The translations under genes were made by a program, and so were the position numbers. Shown here one piece after another: positions 62,115 through 64,000 of a stretch of 64,000 nucleotides of DNA (the stretch's first letter is position 1; every line of letters starts with the position of its first letter). The notes under the pieces were generated by a model, which made no database searches, was not told where the DNA came from, and saw only the letters and a list, made by a program, of their open reading frames with translations. The stretch comes from the human T2T-CHM13v2.0 reference genome, Homo sapiens, in assembly GCF_009914755.1 (NCBI RefSeq), contig NC_060938.1; one strand, given 5' to 3'.

Positions 62115-62994
62115 CCAGCCTTTCCTCTTAAGGTCACCTACTAACACCATTTGCATGTTCTCAATAGACCGAAGTGAGGATCTAATTGCTGTAAACTACT
62201 CGGAACTGCTAGAGAGTGACGTCTTTAATTTAAGTAAGGCTGACTTTATAGATAGTTTGGAAGGGTGGCCCTGACAACAGAGTGGGGGTAGAAACAGATG
62301 GGAGGGATGGAGTGCAGATTGAGGGCGATGGCAGTGATCACAGGTGGGAAGATGAGGAGCTGGGTGAAAGCCGTCATAGAAGGCTGCATCAATGCTTATG
62401 CATGGGCAGGAATTGGATAGGACTTACTGACCAGTTGGATCTAGGAAGAGTGGGAAGGAGGAAGGAAAAGTTTAGCAGATGATGACATTACTATTCACCA
62501 CCCCTCCTACCCAGGCTTGTGTAGGAAGGAGAATAACATCTACATCCATAGGAAATATGAGTCTTCTGTCAATTTCACTAACTCAATGTTTTTGAGTTTT
62601 CCAATATTAGACTGTCCTAAGTCAGCCTGTATTTCTCCTTCTAAGTCTTCTAAAGAAAGAGCCAAATGTTTCCTAATCTTTATATCTTAAATTATCTCAT
62701 ATTCACTTAGAAGCTCTTGATTATCTGTGATAGATAGTAAAATGGAAATATGTGAAATTGTAGCTGAAACGGGAGAACTCCTGGAGGAGCGATTTATGAA
62801 GAATACAGGCTATGTTTTAAACTTAGGGTACAGAAGTAGTAGAAAAATGTCCTCCATTAATGTTTTACAATTGTTTTTTATAATTTTCACCTCTATATCA
62901 TATAAAAAGATTTATGGATTCCCACATAATAGTAATTATATGTTTAGTACTTCTTTGGTAATGTAGTTAAATTTGAATTTACTGGGAATCCTTA

Positions 62995-63232
62995 GTGCTT
63001 GGGAACTGGAGCGAGCTGGCTTTGGATGCCAGCTTTGTCTCTTCTAAGTGGGTGACATGTGCCAGCTGCTTAAGCTTTCACAGTTTTAGTTTGCTCATCT
63101 ATAAAATGGGAATAATATAATCAGCTACCTCTCTGGACCACTGTGAACACTGAATGAGGCCATGGATATAAATACATGTCCTAGGGCCTGATACACGGGA
63201 AGTAATGAATCGGTGCCTAGTTGTAGTAGCTA
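62995..63232 (+). mobile_element. MIR SINE
   Basis: gggtgacatgtgccagctgcttaa...agtttgctcatctataaaatgggaataata. Confidence 0.75.
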
Positions 63233-64000
63233 CCAAAGAATGATCTTTTGTGCATAGTTTTCTTATAACTAAATAAAAATAAAAATGACAAGAAGTTTTG
63301 TGTACATGGATTTGAGGACCTCATTGTAAAGTTTTTTTTCTCTCTAATGTTTGGGCATTAAATCTATCACCAATTGAGAAACCTGGACATAATATTTTTT
63401 GTTAACATTAATCTTACACCACCAATTAAAAAATAAAGATAGATCTGTCTATATTCCGAAGACAGACTATGGGTATATGAAGATGGGATCACTGAACCTT
63501 GCCTCTAATGCAAAATTCAATTTTGATTTCAAATTTAAAGGTCTGCAATTATCCAGACAATATTATAAGCATATTCAAAGTTTGGCTTTCATCTCATCTG
63601 GAGGCACACTTTCCAGGCCCACTCTTTATCTACTTACTTACAGGAATGCAAGTAACACTAGATCCATAAATTCCCCACGTCAGAATAAAATCACAGTCCT
63701 GTGTGTTTCTCATCCAAACAGCTTTTTTTTTCTCTATTCAGAGATAGATACAACCTAAGCATCTCCACCATGAATTTTGTTATAAAAAGCAGAGTTTACA
63801 TTTAGAAATGGCCAAAACCTCCCACTTGTATGTCAGCCCAGAGGAAGACAACTTTAGCAAAGTATTTAATAATACACATACTTGAAGGGAAAAATCCAGC
63901 TGAAAATCTTTGTTAAGCCTGCAATATTTATCAATATTTAAATTCTTAGATTGCATGGCACTTTTCCCCCCTAAGTCACACGGCTATGGGTACTCACCAT

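Overview
Primate (very probably human) non-coding genomic DNA, either a gene desert or a very large intron. I see no credible protein-coding exon: the ORF track is explained by repeats, low complexity or chance. Much of the window is fossil transposable elements: four Alus, many MIR/L2/L3 relics, two L1M 3' ends, solo MaLR/ERV LTRs (THE1, MST, MLT1, LTR16, an LTR47-like element), a complete LTR-internal-LTR MST element, and DNA transposons (MER20, Tigger4a, MER53, MER58A, MER1A, MADE1, Charlie4z, MER5). It also holds a 7SL (RN7SL) retropseudogene and several microsatellites. Between the repeats are repeat-free, motif-dense blocks that look like conserved developmental enhancers. The most notable unexplained signal is a ~180-bp element present twice, 15.85 kb apart (29093-29268 and 44942-45125). 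Its core is 77/87 identical between copies and keeps an ordered set of motifs (TCF/LEF, MEIS/TGIF, E-box, octamer, CRE half-site, homeobox). Other notable signals are a 125-bp ~80%-identical direct repeat (3720/5280) and a three-level nesting of Tigger4a > LTR > 7SL. Repeat subfamily names come from recalled consensus sequences, boundaries of old repeats are approximate, and the chromosomal locus cannot be established from the sequence alone.
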